Part shown: positions 19,944 to 28,735 of the stretch, piece after piece | Layout of the letters: every line of letters starts with the position of its first letter | How positions within the stretch are numbered: position 1 is the stretch's first letter | From: a virus | Taxonomy: Duplodnaviria > Caudoviricetes | Reading direction: 5' to 3' (one strand) | Length of the DNA stretch: 64,000 nucleotides | Virus record (IMG/VR): IMGVR_UViG_3300029288_000066 | Location: 96,001-160,000 of that record | Made by a program: the position numbers and the translations under genes | The notes under the pieces: model-generated | What the model was told of the DNA's origin: nothing | Databases searched by the model: none | The model's input: the letters and a program-made list of their open reading frames with translations, nothing else

Positions 19944-20814
19944 TTTTATTAATTTTCCATCGTTTTTTTTGACAGTTATCCGAACAAAATCTTTTATGAT
20001 TATATTCTGTGTTAAATTTTTTCCCACAAAACCCACAAGTTCTATTTAAATAACTTTCTTTTACTATTGTTTCCCATTTGTGATTATAACATACAACTGG
20101 ACTTATTCCGATAAAATTTAAAAACTCAAAAACCTTTTTATTTGGTATTATAATTCTATTGGTACTCTCTTTTAAATAGGCATCAAACTCATAAAAATTC
20201 AATTTTTCAATTAAAACTTTATTATCTTCTTTGGAAAATGAATCAGTGCAAAAAACAGCCCCAACCTGATTATCTAAAGTCCCATCCCCTAAATACCAAT
20301 GCAGAACAACGGTTCTGTTAAGTTCTATATCTTTGGGAACTATTTTTTTTCCATTTGGATACCACTTTTCTCTTAATTTAGTAAAACACTTATTTGCTCT
20401 TGATGTTATAGTAAAATAATCATTCCCGTTGCTATATCCACTATGCCCTTTTCCGCTGTACTGTGACAACTCAAATCCAAGTTGTTCTGCTAAAAAATCA
20501 ATGTATTCTTTAAAAACACAAGAATGAGTAAAAGATGAATTTTGGTTATTGATTATTCTTTTGCAATGTCCATCAGAAAGTAAAGACCCATTTATAACAT
20601 CTAAGTCATTTTTTGTCAAAACTATTTCTTCTAAATTCTTTTTTGACTCATCTGAACACCTTAAAGAACAAAATCTGTTTGCCTTATGTTTCCTTTTTAG
20701 AAATTCAGCTCCACAAATTTCACATCTTCCTTTAATATAATATTCATAACCAGTACCGCTTTTACGTTTTTTTTTGTAAGAACCATCTTTTGTTATTTCG
20801 AAATCTCCTATCAT
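19906..20814 (-). CDS. LAGLIDADG homing endonuclease with zinc-finger termini
   Basis: INGSLLSDG and HWYLGDG motifs; CxxC...FCSxxC at both ends. Confidence 0.88.
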   Translation of the reverse strand: MIGDFEITKDGSYKKKRKSGTGYEYYIKGRCEICGAEFLKRKHKANRFCSLRCSDESKKNLEEIVLTKNDLDVINGSLLSDGHCKRIINNQNSSFTHSCVFKEYIDFLAEQLGFELSQYSGKGHSGYSNGNDYFTITSRANKCFTKLREKWYPNGKKIVPKDIELNRTVVLHWYLGDGTLDNQVGAVFCTDSFSKEDNKVLIEKLNFYEFDAYLKESTNRIIIPNKKVFEFLNFIGISPVVCYNHKWETIVKESYLNRTCGFCGKKFNTEYNHKRFCSDNCQKKRWKINKNKKEDLAHVINT

Positions 20815-20889
20815 ATATTTATTCTTTTATATAAATATATACAAAAAAGGAGAAAAAACAAAATTATTAAAAATAATGTTTCAAACAAC

Positions 20890-21132
20890 TTATTTTCTCA
20901 TCAGAATCCCACCCCTCCAGGTCAAACCTTTTCCCCAGTAATACTTTCCATCCTTTGACATTGCCCAAACATTCATGGCCTCATCCATGTATACTGGAAG
21001 ATTTTCAAATTGCTCCATGGCAATTTTTGTTTTTGTTCTTCTTCTAAAAATTCTGTTGGCAAATCTTTTATCTTTTTTTTCAGACCCCCCACCAATGCCA
21101 AAAATGGGAGTTTTTCTTCTTGAGTTGCTCAT
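20890..21132 (-). CDS. Small basic hypothetical protein (MSNSRRKTPI...)
   Basis: Likely start at 21132; K/R-rich. Confidence 0.7.
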   Translation of the reverse strand: MSNSRRKTPIFGIGGGSEKKDKRFANRIFRRRTKTKIAMEQFENLPVYMDEAMNVWAMSKDGKYYWGKGLTWRGGILMRK

Positions 21133-21229
21133 GTTTTCTAAATTTAAAAATTTAAAAGACCGCAGAGCTCCTTCCATTAAAATAACTTTTCATGATAATT
21201 TCTTTTTTATAAATATTTTTAAAAAACTG

Positions 21230-21301
21230 TTGTTCTGCAGGGACTCGAACCCCGACTATCTTCATCCAGAGTGAAGCGTGTTGCCATTACACTACAGAAC
21301 A
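21230..21301 (-). tRNA. tRNA-Gln(CTG)
   Basis: CTTCA-CTCTGGA-TGAAG. Confidence 0.92.
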
Positions 21302-21306
21302 ATTTG

Positions 21307-21386
21307 TACCCTCCGCAGGACTCGAACCTGCAATTTCAGCTCCAATTACGATTACAAAGTTCGTAGCTTTGCTCGGCTAGGAAGGC
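21307..21386 (-). ncRNA. Atypical D-armless tRNA-like RNA with ACG (Arg) anticodon arm and 23-nt variable region
   Basis: Acceptor GCCTTCC/GGAGGGT, CAAAG-CTACGAA-CTTTG, GCAGG-TTCGAGT-CCTGC. Confidence 0.65.
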
Positions 21387-21391
21387 ATTTG

Positions 21392-21465
21392 TGACCCTTG
21401 AGGGATTCAAACCCCCAACCCCGAAATCCGTAGTTTCGTGCTCTATTCAGTTGAGCTAAAAGGCC
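21392..21465 (-). tRNA. tRNA-Arg(ACG)
   Basis: CGAAA-CTACGGA-TTTCG. Confidence 0.9.
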
Positions 21466-21470
21466 GTTTG

Positions 21471-21543
21471 TGGAACTGGGTGTCTTCGACACACCGACCC
21501 ATTGCTGTTCAGACAATTGCTCTTCCAACTGAGCTACAGTTTC
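21471..21543 (-). tRNA. tRNA-Phe(GAA), C37 variant
   Basis: ATTGT-CTGAACA-GCAAT; T-loop GTCGAAG. Confidence 0.78.
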
Positions 21544-21551
21544 TTGTTTTG

Positions 21552-21625
21552 TGGAACCTCCCAGATTTGAACTGGGGCAAACCTGGATTTTCGGTCCAGT
21601 GCTCTACCAACTGAGCTAAGGTTCC
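21552..21625 (-). tRNA. tRNA-Phe(GAA), C33 variant
   Basis: CTGGA-CCGAAAA-TCCAG. Confidence 0.85.
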
Positions 21626-21724
21626 ATTAATTCTCAAATCTGAGCGGCTGGGTAGGTAGCATTTTGCATACACCACTCAAACTTGAGAATAATTTTTAAT
21701 CACAACATGTCAAAGACCTTGATG

Positions 21725-21800
21725 TTGCCTCACTAGGATTCGAACCTAGACATGCTTTTTCCGTCAAAGGGAAACGTGCGGCCAATTACACTATAAGGCA
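21725..21800 (-). tRNA. tRNA-Gln(TTG)
   Basis: TTTCC-CTTTGAC-GGAAA. Confidence 0.87.
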
Positions 21801-21805
21801 ATTTG

Positions 21806-21878
21806 TGGAGATAGCAGAACTTGAATCTGCGACTTTCACGTCTTCAGCGTGACACTCTACCATCTGAGTTACATCTCC
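21806..21878 (-). tRNA. tRNA-Phe(GAA)
   Basis: TCACG-CTGAAGA-CGTGA. Confidence 0.9.
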
Positions 21879-21899
21879 ATTATTTAAAGAACTTTCTTG

Positions 21900-21973
21900 C
21901 TATTCTGCCTGGGCTCGAACCAGGACTCTTTTGAACCAAAATCAAACGTGTTTGCCAATTACACCACAGAACA
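21900..21973 (-). tRNA. tRNA-Gln(TTG)
   Basis: TTTGA-TTTTGGT-TCAAA. Confidence 0.9.
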
Positions 21974-21989
21974 ATATTTTAAAGAACAT

Positions 21990-22024
21990 AAAAAAACCCC
22001 AGGGTTTTTGACCTTGGGGTTTTC
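21990..22024 (-). terminator. Attenuator terminator, Gln/Phe/Arg/Val operon
   Basis: ACCCCAAGG-TCAAAAAC-CCTGGGGT + T-tract; 5' arm complementary to GACCTTGG in leader ORF. Confidence 0.85.
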
Positions 22025-22043
22025 ATTAAATTATATATTTAGT

Positions 22044-22139
22044 TTAACGACATAACACAGCCAAGGTCTTTAGTGCTTGTTGCACAAAAAACACCACCTG
22101 AAAAAAGCGCTGACTTGATATGTTTGTTAAATTTTTCAT
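22044..22139 (-). CDS. Attenuator leader peptide MKNLTNISSQRFFQVVFFVQQALKTLAVLCR
   Basis: 12 consecutive Q/R/F/V codons; between promoter and terminator. Confidence 0.85.
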   Translation of the reverse strand: MKNLTNISSQRFFQVVFFVQQALKTLAVLCR

Positions 22140-22150
22140 TACTTTCTTTT

Positions 22151-22216
22151 TTATTTAAATAGTTCAATTTTTTACTTTCTACGCAAAGATACAAAAAAAG
22201 TTACATTAAATGCAAG
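22151..22216 (-). promoter_or_regulatory. tRNA-operon tandem promoter repeat, copy 1 (TTGCA..TATCTTTG host-type plus TATTTAA late-type)
   Basis: Near-identical to 43921-43985 and 59538-59603. Confidence 0.8.
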
Positions 22217-22243
22217 AAAAAATCAAATTATTTTTATTTTATT

Positions 22244-22546
22244 TTATTTTGAGTCGTGTTTTTTAGCAATAGCTGGCGTCTTCATTTTCATTATTTGTCC
22301 AGCATTTGTTCTTCCATCATAGTCAACATCTACTACAATACTGCCACATTCAGTACACCATCTTGCCACTTGAGAACTTCCGCCATAAGTGGATTCTGCT
22401 TCTAATATCACAATTAATTTGTGATTTCCTTTTAAACATTCTTCCATAATTTCACTTTTATATTTTATTACACTTTTCCTGATGCTTGGTATCAGTCCAA
22501 CATTTATCAAACTCTTCACAATTCCTGCAGTGGTCAATGTATTCAT
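22244..22546 (-). CDS. Hypothetical protein (start may be 22447)
   Basis: ORF track. Confidence 0.55.
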   Translation of the reverse strand: MNTLTTAGIVKSLINVGLIPSIRKSVIKYKSEIMEECLKGNHKLIVILEAESTYGGSSQVARWCTECGSIVVDVDYDGRTNAGQIMKMKTPAIAKKHDSK

Positions 22547-22602
22547 CTCCTATAACACCAAATAAATGCAATATATCTTGCATTGCATATCTTCGGTCAC
22601 CC

Positions 22603-22896
22603 TCACTCATCCCGTAAAGCCATTAATATTCCTTTAAGCACCTCCTTTTTGCTCAACTCATACATAAATTCAATCCTATAATATGGTTCTGTGCTCATTG
22701 TTGGAGTTGAATAGTGGACAAGCTTAAATAGAACAATATCTCTATTTTCAATGCTATCACATTTAACTGAACACACATCGCAGCCATCAACATTATAGCC
22801 GCTTTCTTTCATGTATTCTTTTATTTGTTGGCGTAAGTCTGTTTTTTCATTTATTACCACCAAACCAAAATCTTTTTTAATGTCACTGTTTTCCAT
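22603..22896 (-). CDS. Hypothetical protein
   Basis: ORF track. Confidence 0.6.
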   Translation of the reverse strand: MENSDIKKDFGLVVINEKTDLRQQIKEYMKESGYNVDGCDVCSVKCDSIENRDIVLFKLVHYSTPTMSTEPYYRIEFMYELSKKEVLKGILMALRDE

Positions 22897-22903
22897 ATTA
22901 TAG

Positions 22904-23185
22904 TTATGCACAATTAAAACGTATATGAAAGTAATGCTGTGCTATGAATCCATCTTTTACTTTCATAAAAAAAGTTATCTCGTAATTTGGATTTAAATTT
23001 TTTGAACAATAGTGATTATATAATAAATCGTGCATTCTTTTCAAATCGTAATCTATTATAACATCTCCTTCTATATCCATTTCGTGTCCGCAAGAACAAG
23101 TCGTGTTAAATCCATTATCCCTTAATAATTTTACGATTTCTCTTACGGGCTCTTCAATATTTTCTTCGTACCAATTCATATTCAA
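22904..23185 (-). CDS. Hypothetical protein (TTCSCGH motif), within attC-like cassette
   Basis: ORF track. Confidence 0.65.
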   Translation of the reverse strand: MNMNWYEENIEEPVREIVKLLRDNGFNTTCSCGHEMDIEGDVIIDYDLKRMHDLLYNHYCSKNLNPNYEITFFMKVKDGFIAQHYFHIRFNCA

Positions 23186-23200
23186 AAAATTTAATTATTA

Positions 23201-23260
23201 ACTGTGCATAACAAAGTGTAAAAAACATTAAAACGATTTTTTACACTCAACCGTTATGTT
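23201..23260 (+). mobile_element. attC-like imperfect palindrome
   Basis: GCATAAC...AGTGTAAAAAA-loop-TTTTTTACACT...GTTATG; complementary core GTTATGCACA at 22903. Confidence 0.55.
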
Positions 23261-23436
23261 TAATTATTTTTGTTTTAATTCTTCAATCAAAAGTTTTTTT
23301 ACTTGCTTTCTAATTTTTTTAGGTATCACTATTTCTGGGACGCCTTCTTCAACTGTTATTGCAGATTCAATTTGAAAGGCTTCGCATTTAATTATTTTGG
23401 TTTTCAGTTTTAAATTTATCTCTTTCATAATTTATA

Positions 23437-23625
23437 TTATTTTACCTTACGCACTTTCTTTTTAATAAAAATTTCCCTGTGTGTGTCCCATCTACAATAT
23501 TTCCGTTCAACACACATCGGTCCTTGTCCAAATATACATAAGCTACAAGGGTTTTTATCAAGCTGTTCCTTTAACGATTTGTCGTCATCGAAATTTTTAC
23601 TTTCTACAATAAGATTAAGTTCCAT
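23437..23625 (-). CDS. Hypothetical Cys-rich protein
   Basis: ORF track. Confidence 0.55.
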   Translation of the reverse strand: MELNLIVESKNFDDDKSLKEQLDKNPCSLCIFGQGPMCVERKYCRWDTHREIFIKKKVRKVK

Positions 23626-23634
23626 TTTATTTAA

Positions 23635-23928
23635 TTATTTGATTTGTTTACCGTTAAGTATCATTCCCAATGCAGAATCATCACTGCTGTCTTCCCAATG
23701 CTTTTTCAAAATTTGTTTTATTTCATCTATAAGACCCTTTTCAATTTTACCATCTAATTTGAGTATTACATTTTCATAAGCATCAGCCTGTGCTTTTTTG
23801 CAGATATAAACTGCATCGCTTCTGTCTAAGAATTGATGGTTTTCAAATTCTTCTTTGAACAGGTTTCTCCAATATCCTCCAGAACTAACTTGCCTACAAA
23901 AGATATCTTTCCATGATTCTTTTTCCAT
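23635..23928 (-). CDS. Hypothetical protein
   Basis: ORF track. Confidence 0.6.
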   Translation of the reverse strand: MEKESWKDIFCRQVSSGGYWRNLFKEEFENHQFLDRSDAVYICKKAQADAYENVILKLDGKIEKGLIDEIKQILKKHWEDSSDDSALGMILNGKQIK

Positions 23929-23934
23929 ATTTTA

Positions 23935-24411
23935 TTATTCAGTATTTTTAAAAATTCCCTTTTTCTTTAAAAAATATTCTTTCAGCATTTCTCGTCTCAA
24001 CTCGATATGTTTCACTATCCATTCATGCCCAGCATCAACACGTTTTCCCCCATATTCATAATAATGACACAGAGGAAGCGTTGTTCTGCTCAATTGGGTT
24101 GCTTTGTCAAAATATTTTTTTAATTTTACATCTATGGCATTTTTTATCTTGGCTTTAATAACATCGTCAACAACTTTTTCTTCTTTCTTTACAAGTTCTT
24201 TGCCAAGCTTTTTTGCCGCATGACCGCTCAGAGTTTTAAATCTTTCTTCACCTGAAAACAACCAATACCAATATCCTTCGATGGAATCAAAGTCTCCATC
24301 TACTAATGTAATCGGAGTATAGGAAAAATTACTAAGCCATCTTCCAAGTTTCGTTTTTGCCCTGGAATATATGTTAATGTGGGTTGTTCCGTCTTCACCT
24401 TCAATAATCAT
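23935..24411 (-). CDS. NADAR-like phage protein
   Basis: LSNF...FDSIEGYW...AKKLG pattern; likely start MIIEGE. Confidence 0.55.
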   Translation of the reverse strand: MIIEGEDGTTHINIYSRAKTKLGRWLSNFSYTPITLVDGDFDSIEGYWYWLFSGEERFKTLSGHAAKKLGKELVKKEEKVVDDVIKAKIKNAIDVKLKKYFDKATQLSRTTLPLCHYYEYGGKRVDAGHEWIVKHIELRREMLKEYFLKKKGIFKNTE

Positions 24412-24515
24412 ATCAATTTTTATATAAATAATGCTGGATTGCCAACTCACCGTATGGGGCGTGGAGAGTAGGACTCTCGGCCAATGTTGACAGTTTATGC
24501 CCACTCCAGCACATT

Positions 24516-24971
24516 TTATCTACTAACTTTAATGTCTGCTTCTGGGTACCTATAACAAGCACCCAGGTAATCTTCAACGAAATTAACAAGACCGTTGTAA
24601 GTGCCCCACCCGTTTTCTGGGTTAAGTTTTTTGTATTTTTCTGGTTCTATTTTAAGCTTGTGTAATCCTTCACGCAATGGGTCAATCAACTCTTTTGCTT
24701 TTGTAATTTCAAGCTCTTCTGGTCTCCATAAATGTTTGTATATGCCAGCCTCCTCAGCCATATCAGTCAAATTATGAGTGATATTCGCAGAAAAAACCTC
24801 ATCACTTTCAACCTCTTGCGGCACCAATTTGACAGGTTCTCTTCCAGGATTTCTTTTGTTCCATTCCTCTATGGAAATTTCCTTTGTTTGTCCGCCTTCA
24901 CGAACAAATATACCAGATGATTCTTTTACCACCGCAGCACCTTTAAGATTTAAAGAAATATCTAAGCTCAT
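24516..24971 (-). CDS. Conserved phage hypothetical (MSLDI...NITHNL...NPENGWG)
   Basis: ORF track. Confidence 0.7.
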   Translation of the reverse strand: MSLDISLNLKGAAVVKESSGIFVREGGQTKEISIEEWNKRNPGREPVKLVPQEVESDEVFSANITHNLTDMAEEAGIYKHLWRPEELEITKAKELIDPLREGLHKLKIEPEKYKKLNPENGWGTYNGLVNFVEDYLGACYRYPEADIKVSR

Positions 24972-25206
24972 TTTAACCTCCCTTTATTCCAAAGTTATTT
25001 TTCCATTTAAAATATCTTCTCTGATTTTTTCTTTATCTTCAAAGACTTCTTTAATGAAGTGAACACTCTTTGGGTCGGTTAATTCTTCCAGCTGCTGTAG
25101 CAGCATAGCTCTGCCATCTGGAACATTCATTTGTATTACTTTTCCTTTTTCTTTTTCCATGCTTGTAAAATTGGTTTGTCTCTTATACGAAAAAATATTT
25201 TAAAGG

Positions 25207-25566
25207 TTACTTGGATATTGTAATTGTAGAATAAAAATCTATATTAACTGGTGTGCTTGCATATCTAACAAATTTGCCATCTAATTGTGAATCAATCTCT
25301 AAAAGCACATAATCTATTGGCATTTCAGCAAAATAAAGTTTGACGAGATTTTTCCCCATCTTCCCTGGAGAAAATTTGTAATATTTAATTTCTTTATTAA
25401 CTTCATTCAGCATATTCCAAAGATTCTCAGAAAAGATTTCTATCACTGGAGTATATATCGACAAATAATCCTTTTTTTTAGAAATCAAGCCATAATAATA
25501 AAGAAGCCTGTAAACGCCGCCTAATATTTCAAACGATGGAATCTTGTCTTTATATAATATTTCCAT
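25207..25566 (-). CDS. Hypothetical protein
   Basis: Likely start MEILYK. Confidence 0.55.
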   Translation of the reverse strand: MEILYKDKIPSFEILGGVYRLLYYYGLISKKKDYLSIYTPVIEIFSENLWNMLNEVNKEIKYYKFSPGKMGKNLVKLYFAEMPIDYVLLEIDSQLDGKFVRYASTPVNIDFYSTITISK

Positions 25567-25918
25567 TTCCTTCCTTTCTGTGCAAAAAACAATCTTGGGT
25601 ATGATACTGAAATGTGTTTGGAATAAATAAAACATCCTTTTTTTGCTTCTCACAATACCCAAAATTAATCATTGCTTCTTTTTTATTAAACTGGAACTTC
25701 ATAGATTCTGCTTCTGTCATCAGTCTATCCCACATTTCCAAATCATAAAATCTATCTTTATACCACTTTGCTTTTTTAATTATCTTTCCTCTTATTAAAT
25801 GAAAATAGTCTAATTGCATTTTGTGGCTAAAAGCCGATGATTCTTCAAATTTCTGAAGATTTCTTTTCATAAAAAAACAATCGTTACAATTACAGTCTAA
25901 TTTTTGTAACTCTATCAT
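25550..25918 (-). CDS. Hypothetical Cys-containing protein
   Basis: CNCNDC motif. Confidence 0.65.
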   Translation of the reverse strand: MIELQKLDCNCNDCFFMKRNLQKFEESSAFSHKMQLDYFHLIRGKIIKKAKWYKDRFYDLEMWDRLMTEAESMKFQFNKKEAMINFGYCEKQKKDVLFIPNTFQYHTQDCFLHRKEGNGNII

Positions 25919-25936
25919 GCCTGCAGAATTACATTT

Positions 25937-26332
25937 TTAAGTATATTTTATCACAAAATCCACACAAGCGTTATAAACAGCCCTGTGAGATACTTGTAGA
26001 ATTGCATCTTGATAAATTTCTTTATCCGTTTCTTCTTTTTTTAGGTCACAGACCCCTTTATGCTGCACTACATTGACATATCCGTCTGGTTTTGATGTGT
26101 CGTGCCACTCTTGAATGAAAACCTCTGTCTCGTCATCTTTTATCGAAAGTAAAACTCTCATTTTATACCCGTCTCTTGGGTTATGGTTTATTTTGTGCAT
26201 AATCCACCTTAAAAATTCGAATCCAATTACTGGGTCATGTGGAGAAAATTGACTGTAATCTGCTTCATCATATCCAAGATACTTAAAAAGAATCTTGTTG
26301 TATTTTTTTGGATTTGCTAGATAATTTTCCAT
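25937..26332 (-). CDS. Hypothetical protein
   Basis: ORF track. Confidence 0.65.
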   Translation of the reverse strand: MENYLANPKKYNKILFKYLGYDEADYSQFSPHDPVIGFEFLRWIMHKINHNPRDGYKMRVLLSIKDDETEVFIQEWHDTSKPDGYVNVVQHKGVCDLKKEETDKEIYQDAILQVSHRAVYNACVDFVIKYT

Positions 26333-26334
26333 AT

Positions 26335-27063
26335 CTAAAACAACTTTGGATTGTTAATATATGATAAGACACGTTCTGACAACTTTGCAGCAGTGTTTTC
26401 TCCAAAATCATCAATTGTTTCTTCGGTTTCTTCGTTGATTAAATCTCTCCAAACCAATTTGCTTTTTACCGTTGTATATGGTTTTGAAAACGTAAACCAA
26501 CACTTATGCAAAAAACTATAAGCCCTTTTGGGAACTCTTTTGTAAATTACACGCTCAGTTGGGGGTTTCTGTGGAAGAGTCTTCTTAATTTTTTTTTCTT
26601 TTTTTATAGGAGTGCCAAGAATTTTTATTTTTTTATTTTTTAATAGCCATATTAGAACCATTGCCAATGCATTGGAGAGTTTTTTGTTCGATTCTGACAC
26701 CAATATTTCAAGGTCTCTTGACAACTTATTATCTTTATAATATGCAATTGGGGAATCTGTCAAATATTTAATGCATAGACAATAAGAAGACCAACCATTG
26801 TGGTTATGTTTTATTTCTTTTGGAAGAATTTTTAACAACTCTTCTGTGGTAAATGTAGAAGTTATTTGTTTTTGGGTTTCTTTATTTCTTCTATCAAAAT
26901 GAAATCCAAAAACATTAGTATCTTTTACTTTAAAAGGTATAAGAAAACTTGCTTTTGTAAACTGGCTATGGTCATATATTGCATAACTAGTTGTTTGGTC
27001 TACTCCTAATTTTTTAAGAGTTTTTGCGTATTTTAAATCGCAAGTAATATCTTTTAATTCCAC
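26335..27063 (-). CDS. Hypothetical protein
   Basis: ORF track. Confidence 0.65.
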   Translation of the reverse strand: MELKDITCDLKYAKTLKKLGVDQTTSYAIYDHSQFTKASFLIPFKVKDTNVFGFHFDRRNKETQKQITSTFTTEELLKILPKEIKHNHNGWSSYCLCIKYLTDSPIAYYKDNKLSRDLEILVSESNKKLSNALAMVLIWLLKNKKIKILGTPIKKEKKIKKTLPQKPPTERVIYKRVPKRAYSFLHKCWFTFSKPYTTVKSKLVWRDLINEETEETIDDFGENTAAKLSERVLSYINNPKLF

Positions 27064-27067
27064 AATA

Positions 27068-27568
27068 TTAAACTCCCATTAATTTATCAAGCTCCTCCCA
27101 CATAGAATCAACGTGCCCAGGAACATATAACTGCTCTTTAAAATGAGCATACTCTTTTTTGTACATCTTACTCATTCCGTGACCGCTTTTAACAGAGTGT
27201 CTTGTATTTGCAAGTCTGTCGGCCACTTTGATTTTTACCGCTTGAGCATTCTGCTTTAAATCATCATAGAACTTTTGGCTTTTTCTCTCTTTTCTATTCC
27301 TCCCCCTTTCGTCTGTACACAAAAAAACAACTTCGGCAATTTCAATCCCAAATGCTTCTTTCAAGTCATTATAAGACAAATCGGTGCCCTCCAAAATATC
27401 ATGAAGTCGACATTGAATCCTACTTGAGACATCAGCGCAACCATGGTCAATTAAGACCTGTTCTGTTTCATCCAAATGAACATAATACTCCTGGTTTCCA
27501 TATCTCTGCAGAGAATGCCACTTTGCAGCAAACTGTACAGCCTCTAAATATTTTTCACTAAGCTCCAT
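27068..27568 (-). CDS. Small alarmone hydrolase-like HD protein (Mesh1/SpoT HD)
   Basis: H..QRYG..YYVHL, LHDILEGT, KVADRLAN. Confidence 0.8.
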   Translation of the reverse strand: MELSEKYLEAVQFAAKWHSLQRYGNQEYYVHLDETEQVLIDHGCADVSSRIQCRLHDILEGTDLSYNDLKEAFGIEIAEVVFLCTDERGRNRKERKSQKFYDDLKQNAQAVKIKVADRLANTRHSVKSGHGMSKMYKKEYAHFKEQLYVPGHVDSMWEELDKLMGV

Positions 27569-27569
27569 A

Positions 27570-28718
27570 TTATCTATAAGTACGACGAACAACTTTTGTG
27601 TTCCAAATGTTTAAATATTTTTTATTTTTTTTATTCTGTTTTATTGCAAATCTAATTACCTTGGGATGAGAGAAACCAATAGCAAGATTGCATAAATCAA
27701 CACGCCCATTGTCTTTGAAAATATAATCCACTTTTTCGTGCAAATAACTTGCAATTTGTCCTGCCTTTTTGTTAGACAACAGCCCATTTAGAAGTCCATC
27801 AAAAAGAACCACTGTGTTTCTTTGCGCCGTATCCACAACTTCCTTTAAAAAATCTGCATTGAAGCATTCAACATCAAAGAATTCTATAACAGAGTAAAAT
27901 TTGTTTCTTACAATGTCATAATGTTTTAAAAACGCCAGCGCTATTTCCTGATTCATATAATACTTTTCTGCTGTAATTTTTTCTATATAAGGAGGATACT
28001 TTTTTGCGATTTCCAAAATTTGTTCTTCCGTCAATTTACTTGGCTCTATACAACTTAAAAAAAGTGGAGAAACGGAATATGCAAATCCTTGTATTTTTTC
28101 ATTATTAAACACTCTTAATGGAGAAGAGAAATTTTTCAAATGTTGGTCATAAAATTGTGAAACCTTTTCGTCACGCTTTACAATATTAAGAGTAAACAGC
28201 ATCAAGGATTCATCTACAAGTTCTTTTTTGATGTAGTGTATTAACGTCACTTCTTTTTCAATGGCTTTGGCGGCCTGCTCTTTGGTGTAGTTCTTTACCT
28301 TTAATATAGAACTCGGCTTTAAATCAATTGCCATTTGAACATCTTCTTCCGTTGGTTCATTGATATACTCAATGTTGTCGGGGTCTTTGGCAATTACAAT
28401 TGATTTTGAATTTTCATCTTGCACACTGGCAAACTGTATGGCTGCTGGATTTTGATAAATGGCTGTTAAAACCATTTCTTTTGTTTGCTCTGGCATAATA
28501 GAAAGCTGCATTCCATCGACCAGAAGTCTTTGCAACTTGTTTATATACCTTTCAACATTAAGCGTGTTAACGCCATCGGCATTGAGCCCAAGTGCAGCAG
28601 ATTTTACAACAATTTCTTGTGTGAAATCTCCTAAAATCTTAGGATTGTAAATGAGTAGTCCTTTTGAGCTTTTGTTAAGCCTTTTATCAACTTGTTCACT
28701 TGTACAACAATTTTCCAT
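27570..28718 (-). CDS. Helical-repeat protein (DUF4116-like)
   Basis: Repeats of AI.xNP..I.(F/Y). Confidence 0.55.
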   Translation of the reverse strand: MENCCTSEQVDKRLNKSSKGLLIYNPKILGDFTQEIVVKSAALGLNADGVNTLNVERYINKLQRLLVDGMQLSIMPEQTKEMVLTAIYQNPAAIQFASVQDENSKSIVIAKDPDNIEYINEPTEEDVQMAIDLKPSSILKVKNYTKEQAAKAIEKEVTLIHYIKKELVDESLMLFTLNIVKRDEKVSQFYDQHLKNFSSPLRVFNNEKIQGFAYSVSPLFLSCIEPSKLTEEQILEIAKKYPPYIEKITAEKYYMNQEIALAFLKHYDIVRNKFYSVIEFFDVECFNADFLKEVVDTAQRNTVVLFDGLLNGLLSNKKAGQIASYLHEKVDYIFKDNGRVDLCNLAIGFSHPKVIRFAIKQNKKNKKYLNIWNTKVVRRTYR

Positions 28719-28735
28719 GTTTTCAAAATTTATAA

